Shown here in pieces: positions 27,541 to 41,518 of a stretch of 64,000 bases of DNA (position 1 is the stretch's first letter; the number at the start of each line of letters is the position of its first letter). The notes beneath the pieces are model-generated. The model was not told where the DNA came from, did not search any database, and saw only the letters and a program-made list of their open reading frames with translations. Made by a program: the position numbers and the translations under genes. The stretch comes from Octopus vulgaris. Taxonomy: Eukaryota. Location of the stretch: the NCBI GenBank assembly GCA_951406725.2, contig OX597818.1, positions 134,416,001 to 134,480,000 of the forward strand. The letters run 5' to 3'.

Positions 27541-28128
27541 ATAGTTTATGGAGATAACTAGGCTATGAAAAACTTGACTCAATGGTTTACATTTTCTAGT
27601 TTTAAACATTCGTTCGGAAAACAAATATCTTGTAATTGATTTTGTTTTCTCTCTCTTAGAACCAATAACTTAATTAATAACAGTGGTGTACACCACAGTT
27701 CTATAGTGTGTTACAGGAAGTATTCTGCCCCAACACCATCATGCCAACTCTGTTCAACTTATTGAACCTCATGTCGTTACATGCCTCTGTATTTATCCAG
27801 TTCTTTGCTAGATCGATTCAATTTGCAAACAAACGACTATTTACCGAAGCAAATCATTATGAGTTTCTTTGAAGTCTACTGTTTCACGATTTCAAAAAAA
27901 TAAAAAGCCCAACACAATCTTCTTTCTAGAATGACGATTCTTTATCCAAGAATGCTAACCAGTTGCACCCAGACATCACATATTGTCAGAACATGGGTTA
28001 GATGAATGACAAGACTTAGGTCTATGAAGGTCTCTCCTGGCTTCTGAAGATTCACGTGGTAACTTCAACTGAACACTGAAACCGATCGTAACATTCATTA
28101 AATATAGTTTCCTCCCTGCTTATAACAC

Positions 28129-28480
28129 TGGAAGCACTCCGTCGGTTACGACGATGAGGGTTCCGGTTGATCCGAATCAACGGAACAGCCTGCTCGTGAA
28201 ATTAACGTGTAAGTGACTGAGCACTCCACAGACACGTGTACCCTTAACGTAGTTCTCGGGGATATTCAGCGTGACACAGAGAGTGACAAGGCCGGCCCTT
28301 TGAAATACAGGTACAACAGAAACAGGAAGTAAGAGTGATCACCACCATCCCCTGCCGGAGCCTCGTGGAGCTTTAGGTGTTTTCGCTCAATAAACACTCG
28401 CAACGCCCGGTCTGGGAATCGAAACCGCGATCCTATGACCGCGAGTCCGCTGCCCTAACCACTGGGCCATTGCGCCTCCA
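28129..28480 (-). mobile_element. SINE family A (internal deletion)
   Basis: TSD ttataacact. Confidence 0.9.
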
Positions 28481-28670
28481 CTTTATAACACTAGTTTATG
28501 ATTCACTCGGTTCTTTGCTGAGGAGTTTGGTCCAAAGAAAGCTAAGGTTCTTATTCTTGGACCATATTACTATTCTGAAAATTTTAATAAAAACTGAGTT
28601 TTTGTTGGATTTAATTGGTTGCGTTTCTTATCTATTATCGCAATAAAAATACATATTATTAGTAACTCAC

Positions 28671-28863
28671 ATTCCTTTTGACCACTTGCTGTTTTCATCA
28701 TTCCATTCGAACGCAACTAAGTTGTTATTGACGATATTAGCAAATGCATAAGAAATATGTGTGCACAATGTTGCATCGATATCGTCAGGCAGGAATCTCA
28801 TTTCATTGCTGCGGTACTGAGCCCAGTTTGTGTAAAAGCACCAACGTCGCAACTCTGATGTGT
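28671..28863 (-). CDS. GH18 chitinase-like gene, coding exon 2 (DTSELRRWCFYTNWAQYR...LCTHISYAFA...SKG)
   Basis: GH18 N-terminal motifs CxYTNWAQYR and CTHxxYAFA. ttttacag acceptor, gtgagt donor, 193 nt, phase 1->2. Confidence 0.95.
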
Positions 28864-28890
28864 CTGTAAAATAATACATTCATATATGAG

Positions 28891-28921
<31 letters not shown>

Positions 28922-29078
28922 GGGGGGAGATGGGGGGGGAATAGAAGTCAAAACATGAGTGTATATATATATTGATTGATATTTAGCAGAAATAACAGAG
29001 TGACTCAAGGCTCGAGAGTTTCGTTTGATAAGTGCTAATGCACGAAACTCTTGAGCCACTTTGTTGCTTCAGAGAGTA

Positions 29079-29113
<35 letters not shown>

Positions 29114-29118
29114 GTGGG

Positions 29119-29170
<52 letters not shown>

Positions 29171-29269
29171 TGTGTGTGTACATGGTGTCGCTCAAAATGC
29201 AAACACATTTTATTAGCTGGTTATTCACTTGATTTTTAACTCTTTTTAGATTTAATCCATTAAAAATAA

Positions 29270-30650
29270 TGACGGAAACCAGGAAAGCTTTCAACGAAGG
29301 AAATTTGTCCTAAAGTACAACTGGAAGTTTGGACTCGCAGTCGAAGTGCAAAAACAGTTTAGAAAAGAACTTCAAAAAAAATCCTTCTACACGACTTATC
29401 ATCCTTCGTATTAAAGATAAGTTTGAAGCAAATAGAACTTCTTAGAATATCTACATTCTCACTCTAGAAGACAGACATCGAAGAGCAAGAAAGGGTACAA
29501 GAAATGTATTGCCAGAGCTCAAGAAAACCTACGCAACAAGAGAGTCGTAGGGTAGAAATTTCGGCGTCATTAAATGTCCATCGTATTTTGAAGCGCCGTC
29601 ATTGGAATAGCTACTCTTTTTACTCTTTTACTCTTTTACTTGTTTCAGTCATTTGACTGCGGCCATGCTGGAGCACCGCCTTTAGTCGAGCAAATCGACC
29701 CCGGGACTTATTCTTTGTAAGCCCAGTACTTATTCTATCGGTCTCTTTTGCCGAACCGCAAAATGACGGGGACGTAAACACACCAGCATCGGTTGTCAAG
29801 CAATGCTAGGGGGACAAACACAGACACACAAACATATAGACACACACATATATATATATATACATATATACGACGGGCTTCTTTCGGTTTCCGTCTACCA
29901 AATCCACTCACAAGGCATTGGTCGGCCCGGGGCTATAGCAGAAGACACTTATCCAAGATGCCACGCAGTGGGACTGAACCCGGAACCATGTGGTTGGTAG
30001 GCAAGCTACTTACCACACAGCCACTAGTCTATGCTCTCAATGAAGAGGACCCAGATCGAAGAGTGAAGTTTTACCAGTGGTGGTGGTAAGATGTGTAGAA
30101 GATGCACCACTTTCCAACATATATTGTTTGGAATGATGAGGGAACATTTCAATTAAATGGCTTAATTAACTGTCATAATTACACCTACTGGGGGCCTGTG
30201 TGTCCGCTGCTTACGGTGGAACATGGTGTAGCTTGTCATCAAAAGGAATAATTCGATCATTTTATGGTATTGTGACTGGCTAACCTGCTGTGGTAATGTA
30301 AGTGTCTACCTTGAGATTTTGCAAAACAGGTGGATTGGACGAAAAGGTTCTGTAGAATATCCTCTGTATACACCGAACCTCATACCACTGTGGGGATATT
30401 AAAAGATAAATCTTCTGGTACAAAACCGGCAACAACAGACAAATTGTCAGTCGCCATTGAACGAGAATGCGTACAACTACCGAACGAAATGTTTGTTGAG
30501 GTTTACGTTCCACTGCATTACGTTATCAGCAGGGCCTGGACCAGAGCGATCATCAGTTTAAAAACAGTCATTCATAAGAAAATTAAATTCTGTTTGTAGA
30601 TTCAATTAAATTTTGAAAAATATAAATGTATTTTAATAATCATTGATTTA
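29270..30650 (+). mobile_element. Decayed Tc1/mariner-superfamily transposase, split by SINE B (29612-30024, minus)
   Basis: Remnants ALNEEDPDRRVKF and [24 protein letters not shown]. Frameshifted; boundaries approximate. Confidence 0.7.
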
Positions 30651-31355
30651 TGCCCTTCTAATCGCCTCTTCTAATTTGCTAACTAGTTCCCCCTCTAATC
30701 TATTCCTTTCAATTGCTATAGTTTATGGAGATAACTAGGCTATGAAAAACTTGACTCGATGGTTTACATTTTCTAGTTTTAAACATTCGTTCGGAATACA
30801 AATATCTTGTAATTGATTTTGTTTTCTCTCTCTTAGAACCAATAACTTAATTAATAACAGTGGTGTACACCACAGTTCTATAGAAGGGCACTATTCAATG
30901 TGTGTATAAATGTTTTTGAAGAAAACAGCATCACAAAAGAGCAACAAGACATTTTAAAAGAAATATACTACTGGACTAATGCAGTTATCTCCACCCTGAT
31001 CCAAAATATAGCACTAATTTTTACCATCTCCTCTTCGTAAGAGAGAGAGCGGCGCCTATGGTTCTTTAAACGCTTCCAAGACTTTTGGGAGAGATGAAAA
31101 CAGTTATCTTCGGACTGGAGACTTCAACCCAAACGCCTGGAACAGAGTGAACTTTCATAAATGCACTCATGTACCAGTGGTTGTATTGAACTAGATGTTG
31201 AATTAAGTTTACCGTGTCTACAGGAGATGTGGGTTCTTGTCCCACGAGCAGCCTTCGAATACATCTATCCAAATTCTTTTAATCCAATATTTACATGCTA
31301 TCAGTTAGTGATTTATATGTACTTCGAGAACTAATTCCGCCTCGCCAACAAGAAT

Positions 31356-31472
<117 letters not shown>

Positions 31473-31748
31473 ATGAAAGAATGGAGTCGAACAACGATTT
31501 ACCCCTTTATTCCTTCGGAATTAAGAATATGCAGTCTTCGAAACATATGTCGAGAATAAAGGAATTTTGTTAAATCGTCGTTCAACTCCATTCTTTCATT
31601 TATCTATAGTAAAAAACACAAATTTCCACGCGAAAGCACGTGATTTCTGCCCTTGGCATGTAGCTTCAACCGTGCTTTCTGACGTAAATTTGCTACCCGG
31701 GTATCGGTTAACCGAATTATCCATACTAGGATAACTCATTCAACTACT

Positions 31749-31800
<52 letters not shown>

Positions 31801-31858
31801 ATATGTGAATCGTTGGCGAATTTCTTCCTCCGTCTTCATTTCTATTGAACTTTCTTCT

Positions 31859-31893
31859 GTTTCTGAAGAAGAGCGTTGCTCGAAACGTTAAAC
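31859..31893 (+). ncRNA. Minimal type I hammerhead ribozyme motif (Penelope-type)
   Basis: gttt-CTGAAGA-a-GAGC-gtt-GCTC-GAAACGT-T-aaac. Stems I and II pair perfectly; stem III is the ACGT palindrome. Confidence 0.75.
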
Positions 31894-31987
31894 CGTCTTT
31901 CTTTCCTTCCCTGAGTGTCTGCTAATACTTTACATGTAACACGTCCTCGCATTGTTGTTGTTTTTGTGTTTGTTCTTCTTTGGGGGA

Positions 31988-32052
<65 letters not shown>

Positions 32053-32338
32053 TGTGTGTGGGTGTGAGTGTGTGTGTTTGTTTGTTTGTGTGTAACGGCT
32101 TGTATTAATGATATATGTTGGAGTTGGTAGTTAGCGATTGTAACGAGTGTTGCTGTTGCAGAAGTGCAAGGTGAACAAAGAACATTGATCGAAGTTGTAA
32201 ATAAATATTTATATACCGTTACTTAATATAATGCCATGCCTCGACGGGTAGGTGTGATATAATTGTAAGAGCATGCGAGGTTAAGAAAGTAAATTTCGGC
32301 TTGTATGTGTGTACACGTTCTTATTATAGTGGGATGGT

Positions 32339-32722
32339 GGAAGCACTCCGTCGGTTACGACGATGAGGGTTCCGGTTGATCCGAATCAACGGAACAGCCT
32401 GCTCGTGAAATTAACGAGTAAGTGACTGAGCACTCCACAGACACGTGCACCCTTAACGTAGTTCTCGGGGATATTCAGCGTGACACAGAAAGTGACAAGG
32501 CCGGCCCTTTGAAATACAGGTACAACAGAAACAGGAAGTAAGAGTGAGAGAAAGTTGTGGTGAAAGAGTACAGCAGGGATCACCACCACCCCCTGCCGGA
32601 GCATCGTGGAGCTTTTAGGTGTTTTCGCTCAATAAACACTCACAACGCCCGGTCTGAGAATCGAAACCGCGATCCTATGACCGCGAGACCGCTGCCCTAA
32701 CCACTGGGCCATTGCGCCTCCA
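32339..32722 (-). mobile_element. SINE family A
   Basis: Full-length copy, TSD cttattatagt. Confidence 0.92.
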
Positions 32723-33131
32723 CTTATTATAGTAGTAAGCCATAGATAGTGATAGAATGATTTTGTAAGAGAAAAGAAACTGAGCTAGTGAAAGTTATAG
32801 AGTTGAGGGAAGTTGTGTCGACTGATTGTAACCTTTTTCCCTCTGGTCGTTTGTCTTTTGTGGTTGCCTGCTTGTGGCCATGACTCTAGTATTTATAACT
32901 ATGCAAAACCAGCTAGAAGGATAGACATATTGTAGAGAACAATAGATTTCGTTGGGATCTGTTATGGTCTAGCAGAGGTTAGAAGGTATCTGGTAAAAGT
33001 AACTGCTGTCACTCACTGAAAAAAAATAGTGTTTTAACGTGAGAAAAGTGCTATTGAACTGCTAAGTGAAATTTGACAATCCACGCCTTGCCTGCATGAA
33101 GCCAGTACATATATACATATATATATATATT

Positions 33132-33536
33132 CTTTTACTTGTTTCAGTCATTTGACTGCGGCCATGCTGGAGCACCGCCTTTTTTTAGTCGAGCAAATCG
33201 ACCCCGGGACTTATTCTTTGTAAGCCCAGTACTTATTCTATCGGTCTCTTTTGCCGAACCGCTAAGTAACGGGGACGTAAATACACAAGCATCGGTTGTC
33301 AAGTAATGCTAGGGGGGCCAAACACAGACACACAAACATACACACACACATATATATATATATATACATACATATATACGACAGGCTTCTTTCAGTTTCC
33401 GTCTACCAAATCCACTCACAAGGCATTGGTCGGCCCAGGGCTATAGCAGAAGACACTTGCCCAAGATGCCACGCAGTGGGACTGAACCCGGAACCATGTG
33501 GTTGGTTAGCAAGCTACTTACCACACAGCCACTCCT
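33132..33536 (-). mobile_element. SINE family B
   Basis: Full-length copy. Confidence 0.9.
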
Positions 33537-33595
33537 GTATATATATATGTGTGTGTGTGTGTGTATGTGTGTGTGAGTGTGTGTGTGTGTGTGTA

Positions 33596-33628
<33 letters not shown>

Positions 33629-33638
33629 GTATGTATAT

Positions 33639-33863
33639 TTACAGTTCTATATTTAAAAGATGAGGAATTAGGTACATTATTTACATTTGACGGATATTTG
33701 TCCTCATCTTGCTTGTTGTTAACACAAACAAATTTTGTTTGTTTCGGCTGATATACCCTCCAGCCTTCATCAGGTGTCTTGGGGAAATTTCGAACCTGGG
33801 TTCTTATTCCTAAGGTATTTTTCGATGTTGTTGTTGTTGTTGTTATAATAATTATTATTATTA

Positions 33864-33907
<44 letters not shown>

Positions 33908-34104
33908 ACAACAACAACAACAACAACATCGAAAAATACCTTAGGAATGAGACCCCAGATTCGAAATTTCCCCAAGACACCTGATGAAGGCTGGGGGGGT
34001 TTATCAGCCGAAATGTTGTGTTAACAATAAACAAGATGAGGATAAATATCCGTCAAACGTAAATAATCTACATAATTCCTCATCTCTTATATATAGAACT
34101 GTAA
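33639..34104. mobile_element. Inverted dimer of a Penelope-like, hammerhead-bearing ~200-bp unit around an (ATT)n spacer
   Basis: Arms are reverse complements. Each contains acacCTGATGAaggctg..cagccGAAA. Confidence 0.8.
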
Positions 34105-34131
34105 TTACATACATACATGCATATATATGTA

Positions 34132-34183
<52 letters not shown>

Positions 34184-34321
34184 CACTGGCGTCATGCAGG
34201 CAAGGCGTGGATTCGATCCTCGATTTCACGTAATAGTTCAACAGCACTTTTCTCACGGTAAAACAATATGAAGAAGAAGACGAACAACAACAACAACGAA
34301 AAATACCGTTAAATGTAAATA

Positions 34322-34369
<48 letters not shown>

Positions 34370-35184
34370 GCATCCTTTTTGTCTCGGGAGACAATAGAGT
34401 TGAGCATAAAGTAGTCTAGTCCGCTTTTACATTTCATGTCCTGATACATTTCCTGCTGTGGCTGTGTAGTCCTATCCTGGACAAACACTCCCTCTGGCAG
34501 GTACCGCAAATGTAGCGAAGGCTGTTCCTGATATATATATATATATATACTATAAGGTGAGCAGAAATGTACAAAAACGCAATAGAGAACAATAAAACAT
34601 CTGGACAGATAGACGATACAAAGGCGGACAGAAAAAAAAGAACAATTAGAGGGACAGAGAAAAAGGAAGGGTCATTCGTGGCCTTCTTTCGTCAGTTAAG
34701 TTACCAGAGGCCCTTACAGTTTCGGACCCGAAACTATAAGGACATCTGGTAACTTGTCCCAATTGTAACTGTCGCATTGCAACCTCTTTCTTCCCCTACC
34801 TAACTGTCGTTCTCCCTCTTCTTGTTACCTGCCCTCTCTTAACTCTTACCACTCTCTATCTTTCTTCCTGCCGCTCATCTAACGTCTATTTTTGGCTCTT
34901 GCACTTATTGATCGGCTAATTCTGTCATACCTCTTCCTCGCTTTTCCCTTTCTCATGTCGATCATTTCGCACGCTCTTATTCGTACCCCAACGTAAATCT
35001 CACGCACAAACACACACACATACACACATACACACACACATACGCACACACATACGCACACACACATACACACACAGACAGACACAAACACACACATACA
35101 TACAAAGAAATTTCACTACCAGTGACCTAGCACGTATAAAAAGTCAATAGAAAACATTCTCAATATAAAGTATTTTTTATTGCG

Positions 35185-35417
<233 letters not shown>

Positions 35418-35749
35418 TCCGATCTTTTTTTATTCACTTCAAAACCTGTTTCTTTCCCTTCCTCTTTTTCTCGGCACCTGTGCGCGTTGACTTTTACTCT
35501 ATCGTTTCCCCCTCTAGCTCTCTTTCTGTTACTCTCACACCTTTTCTTTTGCCTAACTTCTGGTCCGACGAAAATCATATTTCTACTCCTCCTATTTGCG
35601 CTAGCATTCTGTTTTTTTATTTTTTTTTATTTTTACAGTGCCAAGCTGAAAAATAAGAATTACCTTCTTCCTTTTTTAACTGAAATGTATTGCATGTATC
35701 TCTATATGTATACAAACAGCAAAATGTGTGTGTGTGTGTGTGTGTCTGC

Positions 35750-35800
<51 letters not shown>

Positions 35801-36736
35801 TGCGTGTGTGTGTGTGTGTGTTCTTTATACAAATCCGCAATTTTTAAGTCAGAGGGCTCGCACTTTCTACGGTAATTCAAAACCGTCCAAGGGTGGTTGT
35901 GAAGATCTTTTCATTTCCAAGTTACCCCTGAAAGCCATTTTTAAAAATCGATAAACCGAACTCTTATGTTTCAGGTAACAAAAGTCTTTAATACAAGGGA
36001 CGTAACTCACTTAATCCAGCTGTTTAATCTAAAGATATTAAACCATAGCAAGGGAAAAACTCTTTAAAACTCTGCATTTCCCTCCCTTTTTTATGTATCA
36101 CACCTCAATACTGTACCAGACCAATTTATCCAATTTAGGACCGGAACTGTCCCGGATTTCTGAATTTTCCAGTTTCCCAGAGAATTTCTAAACGCTTGCT
36201 TAAAATCTCTATGTCTATAAATGGCAAAATGTCTGTTTTTGATTGGATGGAGATAATTTTACACCTGACAGTTGGATGCGCGTCTGTATGACTGCGCATT
36301 TTTGTGTTTTGCGAAGACGCGTTATCATGTGTTTTAGCTTTCAAACGTGCACGCTGTTTTGATTTGAGAAATGCAGGGAATAATTAACGAGTTAGACCAA
36401 GTGAATGACAAGAGAGAGGGATTTTCATGAAAGACCAAATATGCTTGACTAGCACTAGACCCGACAGCGCCGGATCATAGTGCTGGTCTGTTTCTTAATT
36501 TTCTGCCTGTTTTGCATGTTGTCGCCCTCTATGTACCAAGATTTTTTTCTTTGTAAGGTCCACTATCATAGTGTTAATTCCGTAATATTAAGTCTCCGGG
36601 TTTAAACGCGCCGAAACTACGCTGATTCTGAACTCCATGGCTGATGAGAGGTATTTATATTTAATTGTCCTTTTCTTTTAATCGATTTCCATATCGTATA
36701 ACTTGAATTTAGACGAAGCCCTCGCTACCTCTCTCT

Positions 36737-36784
<48 letters not shown>

Positions 36785-37896
36785 GTCACTCACACACACA
36801 CATACATACACACACACATATATATACTATATATACTCGACCTCATGTAAAAGTCGCCCCCTATTTTGGGCCAAAAAATTGGGAATTTTCCATAGATCCC
36901 GTATATAGTCGACCCTAGCATTTCACCAACAACAGGATTTGTGGGTCAAGGTACTGTATTATCCTGTACGTAGTAATAACACTGTTATAAAATTGTGTGG
37001 CTACCTTACTGTAGCCCGCTCTAGAGGTGGAACGCTAGGTGCTTATAATGGAGTGCTCGGTACTTATAGTAAAACACCATTTAATAGTGAGCACTACACA
37101 TCTGTTGATGGGAGCTACATCACCGTTACTAAAATATATGCACAAGATATGCTGAAAGCCTGCATACATTTTCAAGCACAATAAACGCATACATCATACA
37201 CTCGTTGTTTATATGGTGAGAAACGTGTTTCACAGACACCACTATTGGAGAACACTGGCAAACGCCACTGTCTGAATTCGTATAAAGGCATGACGTTGGT
37301 GACCCTAAAAATATTCAATTAATCGCTAGATCAGTGGTGCTCATGCGACCTTTATATTTTTCCTCATCTCCAGATACAATAAACACATGCGTAAATAATC
37401 TACATAATTCCTCATCTCTTCAAGAATTCAAGATCACAACATACATGTACACTGCAACATAATTTCTTTTCCTCAACAGGCCCTGCCCTATTTAACATTG
37501 TCCCGAGGGAGATCAAAGAGGAAAAGGATCCCATCAATTTTAAACAGAGTCTGGATAGATTCCTTCAAAGAATACCAGATAAGCCACTCATAATTGGATA
37601 CAACTCACCCAACAAGAACTCACTACTTGAACAAAACTGGATACAACTCACCCAACAAGAACTCACTACTTGAACAAAACTTAACTTAAACAAAACTTGA
37701 CTTAAACAGGATTCGAATAATCCTATCAGGTGGTGCTATTAAGTTAGACATGGCCTGGACCAATCTTTGGTCGAAACATATCTAAGTTTATCTAAGTTTA
37801 AGTTTATCTTATATATAGAACTGTAATTACATACATACATGCATATATATATGTGTGTGCGTGTGCGTGCGTGTGTGTGTGTGTGTGTGTGTATGT

Positions 37897-37950
<54 letters not shown>

Positions 37951-37984
37951 GCACTGGCTTCATGCAGGCAACGCGATTAATTGA

Positions 37985-38203
37985 ATGTTTTTAGGCTCAC
38001 CAACGTCATTTTTTCACGCTCAGAGTTGCTGAAGCATGGAATAAACTGCCTGCGTCAGTTGTTGACTGCCATGACACTGCATCCTTTAAGGCCCTCATGC
38101 TTTCCGAAATCCGCCGAAACTACACCTGATTATATATACACTTTAGATGAGTTGTAGTGCACCTGAGCACTGTACACAATTATTATTATTATTATTATTA
38201 TTA
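37985..38203 (+). mobile_element. CR1-type LINE 3' end with (TTA)n tail
   Basis: Translation HFFTLRVAEAWNKLPASVV...F, followed by a short UTR and a tta tail. Confidence 0.7.
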
Positions 38204-38715
38204 TACGCTCGTCTGTTTACATCGTAAGAAATGTATTTCACAGACAGCACTATTGGCAAACAACAGCAAACATCACTGTATGAATTCGTACAGAGGCATG
38301 ACTTTGGTAAGTCTAAAAACATTTAGTTAATCGCTAGATCAGTGGTTCCCCAATTTTTTTTTTCTTTTTGAAGTGGAATCCTTCTACATTATTTTTAAAA
38401 ACGTTGAACCCCTGATAACTTTTCGGGAACAGTGGGGTTTTGCAGAACACTCTTTGGGATTCTGCTCCAGATTAACTCTACGCCATATTATGGGCATTTT
38501 ACTTGTAACTGCACATGACATCCTGTAACTTTATCTTTTTATTTTTTTCATTTCTGTGGGGATAAATTTTAGTATTTAAAACATTAAGTTGCATTTCATT
38601 AATTATGAATAAAAATGCACCACTAATATAGTGCGCCATATTACATTTGTGATGAGTGTGACTTTAACCATGAATATGAAAATAGAGTAATGTTATTGAA
38701 GAGTTATGATGTGAA

Positions 38716-39027
38716 GGCGCGTGGCTCAGTGAGGTTGTGAGGTTGTGAGCTCGAATCCCGGACCGGGTTGCGTGTTGTGTTCTTGAGCAAGACACTTTAT
38801 TTCACGTTGCTCCAGTTCACTCAGCTGTAGAAATGAGTTGCGACGTCACAGGTGCCAAGCTGTATCGGCCCTTGCCTTTCCCTTGGACAACATCGGTGAC
38901 GTGGAGAGGGGAGGCCGGTATGCATGGGCGACTGCTGGTCTTCCATAAAACAACCTTGCCCAGACTTGTACATCAGAGGGTAACTCTCTAGGTGCAAACC
39001 CATGGTCAGTGTCTGACCGAGGGGTCT
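38716..39027 (+). mobile_element. SINE family D
   Basis: Homologous to 10951-11213. TSD-like atgatgtgaa on both sides. Confidence 0.8.
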
Positions 39028-39362
39028 ACCATGATGTGAAACACGCCGAAAAGGTACCAACTGTATTTACCGTATTACGGTAGGCAGTGGCATGTCGGTA
39101 CCGGGTAGATATGTTACTAGTGGTAATATAACATAATTATGAAATCTAAATTGATTTCATTCAGCTAGTCTGTTAAGTTTGATGGATACAAATAAAAGGG
39201 AAAGTGTAGATAGTTATAAGAGCTACGAAGTCTTGTTTGTGGATTTTGTTATTTACTAGGGCGTGTGTTTTGATGCATAGAATTGGTAATATTACTGTAA
39301 TTCATTGTGTTTTTGTTTTTATTCTCTTAGAGATCAGTTGGTTTTCTGCTGCTGATATGGTA

Positions 39363-40316
39363 CCGTAAATCCTCGAGTATAATCCGCATTTTTTTCCCCA
39401 AATTTAAAGGTCAAATTCCCTAGTGCATACTATATACGAGGTTAAAAATGAAAAATGTTTTCTAAGCAATGTCCGAGTATCTATTTGATGTCCGGCAATG
39501 TTTATTCAGACGCATTTTTTTATGTCGGGCGCGAAAATACCTTAAGCTAAGCCTGAAAGCAATGAAGTCATAAAAGAATCATACATAACTTGCAGTAAGC
39601 AACATTTATTAAAATAAAAGTATTCAGAACACAGAATAACATGTAACAAAAACAATTTGCAAACATATTTACATTCCCATATAACGTTATTGTATTACGC
39701 ATGTGCGTAAGTGTTTGTTCGACTAGGTACTGCTGGTTTAATTACGCACGAATTGTGCTCAATAATTTAGTGCTAAATAGTTCATCCTGCTGTTTGTATT
39801 GGCAGTTTGCATCATTATCGTGGCAAACAATAGATACTTAATTAAATACCAGTATTAAATGTTTGAACTACTGTGGGTCTTTACTAGGGTTTTTTATAAG
39901 CGGGACTTAAACCTGTACACTAATCTCCAGTAAAACAATTTATACATTACATGCCCATAAAATACCTCGTAGATCTTATCCAGCTATGTTTAAACTTGAA
40001 GTTATATCATATGCTGAAGAGCATGGCAATAGAGCTACCAGAAGAAAATTTGATGTTGACGAAAGCAATGTCAGGTTATGGAGAAGAAATAAAGATGAAA
40101 CTAAACTGACACCAAAGATAAAGAAGGCAAGAAGGTAATAATAAAGGACGTTACAGTATACATTTTTACAAACCAAGGACGTTATACAGACCTCCTTGAC
40201 TCAAGTTAGAGAAGGGGTGCGTATTATACACAAGGTTTAGGTTTTTCAGAGGTACAGCCTCCTAAAAATCCCCTGCGTATTATACTCAAAAGCGGACAAT
40301 ACTCGAGGATTTACAG
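39363..40316. mobile_element. pogo/Tigger-like non-autonomous element
   Basis: TIRs ccgtaaatcctcgagtataatccgc / gcggacaatactcgaggatttacag with TA on both sides. Internal Brinker-type HTH remnant RSYPAMFKLEVISYAEEHGNRATRRKFDVDESNVRLWR (~39970-40085, +). Confidence 0.85.
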
Positions 40317-40887
40317 TACTTCGGATTCTAGCTAGAATTTCAGCCCCTCAAAAGTAGTACCCATGTAATAGTCGACCCCATAAACTTGACCTCAAAAGAT
40401 GGTCTAAAAAATTCGACTTGTACACGAGTATATACGATATAGTCTGGCTGTACTGGTGGGACTATTCTTTACTGAGGAGGTCATATAAGATCGAAACATA
40501 CTGCCATAAATCATATTAACATCGCACTATTTTATTTTAAAACTGAATTTGAATTAATTTAAATTAATTTTTAATGAAATTTTTATTTGAATTCAAATTT
40601 CGGAATTATCTCCCTTACTTTACTTGGCCAAAATTAATTAAGTTTATTTACTTTTTTATCCTCACTATGAATATAATTTTAATTAATTTCAATTTCATTG
40701 TCTCAGTAGATTAAGCAATATATTGGCAGTGCCATCAAAATTATCTGGTACTTCTTAATATGCTGTTTAAGGAATATTTCACAAGTTATGAAGTTATGAC
40801 TAAATAGTCCCCCACAGAAACATTTTTTTTATAAACGGATAACAACTGCATTTCAAAAATATTTTATGTATGAAAAAATACAAATTA

Positions 40888-41420
40888 CCGTATTTGACGG
40901 CATATTAGACGCACCCTCATTTCAGCAGGTCAAATTCAGGAAAAAAGTTTTAAGTGTATTTAAGCATATATCGTTGAAAGCAGTCTAGCAGCACATTACA
41001 AAAGCAGAAAACATTGCTGTATAAAAGCAAGCATACAAAAGGAAAGCATACAAATTACAATAGTAATCGTCTTTAATCATCTTTTTAACCAGAAAACTCT
41101 TCATCATCTTCTACACCAGAAGAGTCTTCATCATCTTCAAAACAAGGAATCTCTTCATCACTACAGCTGAAATCACTGTCTTCAAATAATGCATCATCTT
41201 CTGTGCCATCAAGGGCATTGCTAATGCCACACTTCTTAAAAGCCTAAAAATATCATTAAGGCGTTAGCGTAGGTAGAAATACTTATCGTAAGCTAGGTTA
41301 GTGAGCGTCTGGGAGAAGATTAGCCTACGGGAGGGTCTTGACTTCGCATATTAGACGCAGGGCGATTTTTTGAGCCAAATTGTTTGGAAAAAAGTGCGTC
41401 CTATATGCCGTCAAATACGG
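40888..41420 (-). mobile_element. pogo-like MITE with a transposase C-terminal remnant
   Basis: TIRs ccgtatttgacggcatat.agacgcac / gtgcgtcctatatgccgtcaaatacgg and a TA TSD. Minus strand encodes AFKKCGISNALDGTEDDALF plus an acidic tail. Confidence 0.88.
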
Positions 41421-41457
41421 TAGTTTTGGTCAGATCAAATAACATTTCTAAACTCAC

Positions 41458-41518
41458 CTTCTGAGCTGTTTGCCAACAATGGAACAAGTAAGACAATTAG
41501 GAGATGCAGAAATGCCAT
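41458..41518 (-). CDS. GH18 chitinase-like gene, coding exon 1 (signal peptide MAFLHLLIVLLVPLLANSSE)
   Basis: ATG at 41518, 6 nt after a ttttcag acceptor. Hydrophobic signal-like peptide. G|gtgagt donor, phase 1, fits exon 2 (G+AC=Asp). Confidence 0.8.
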
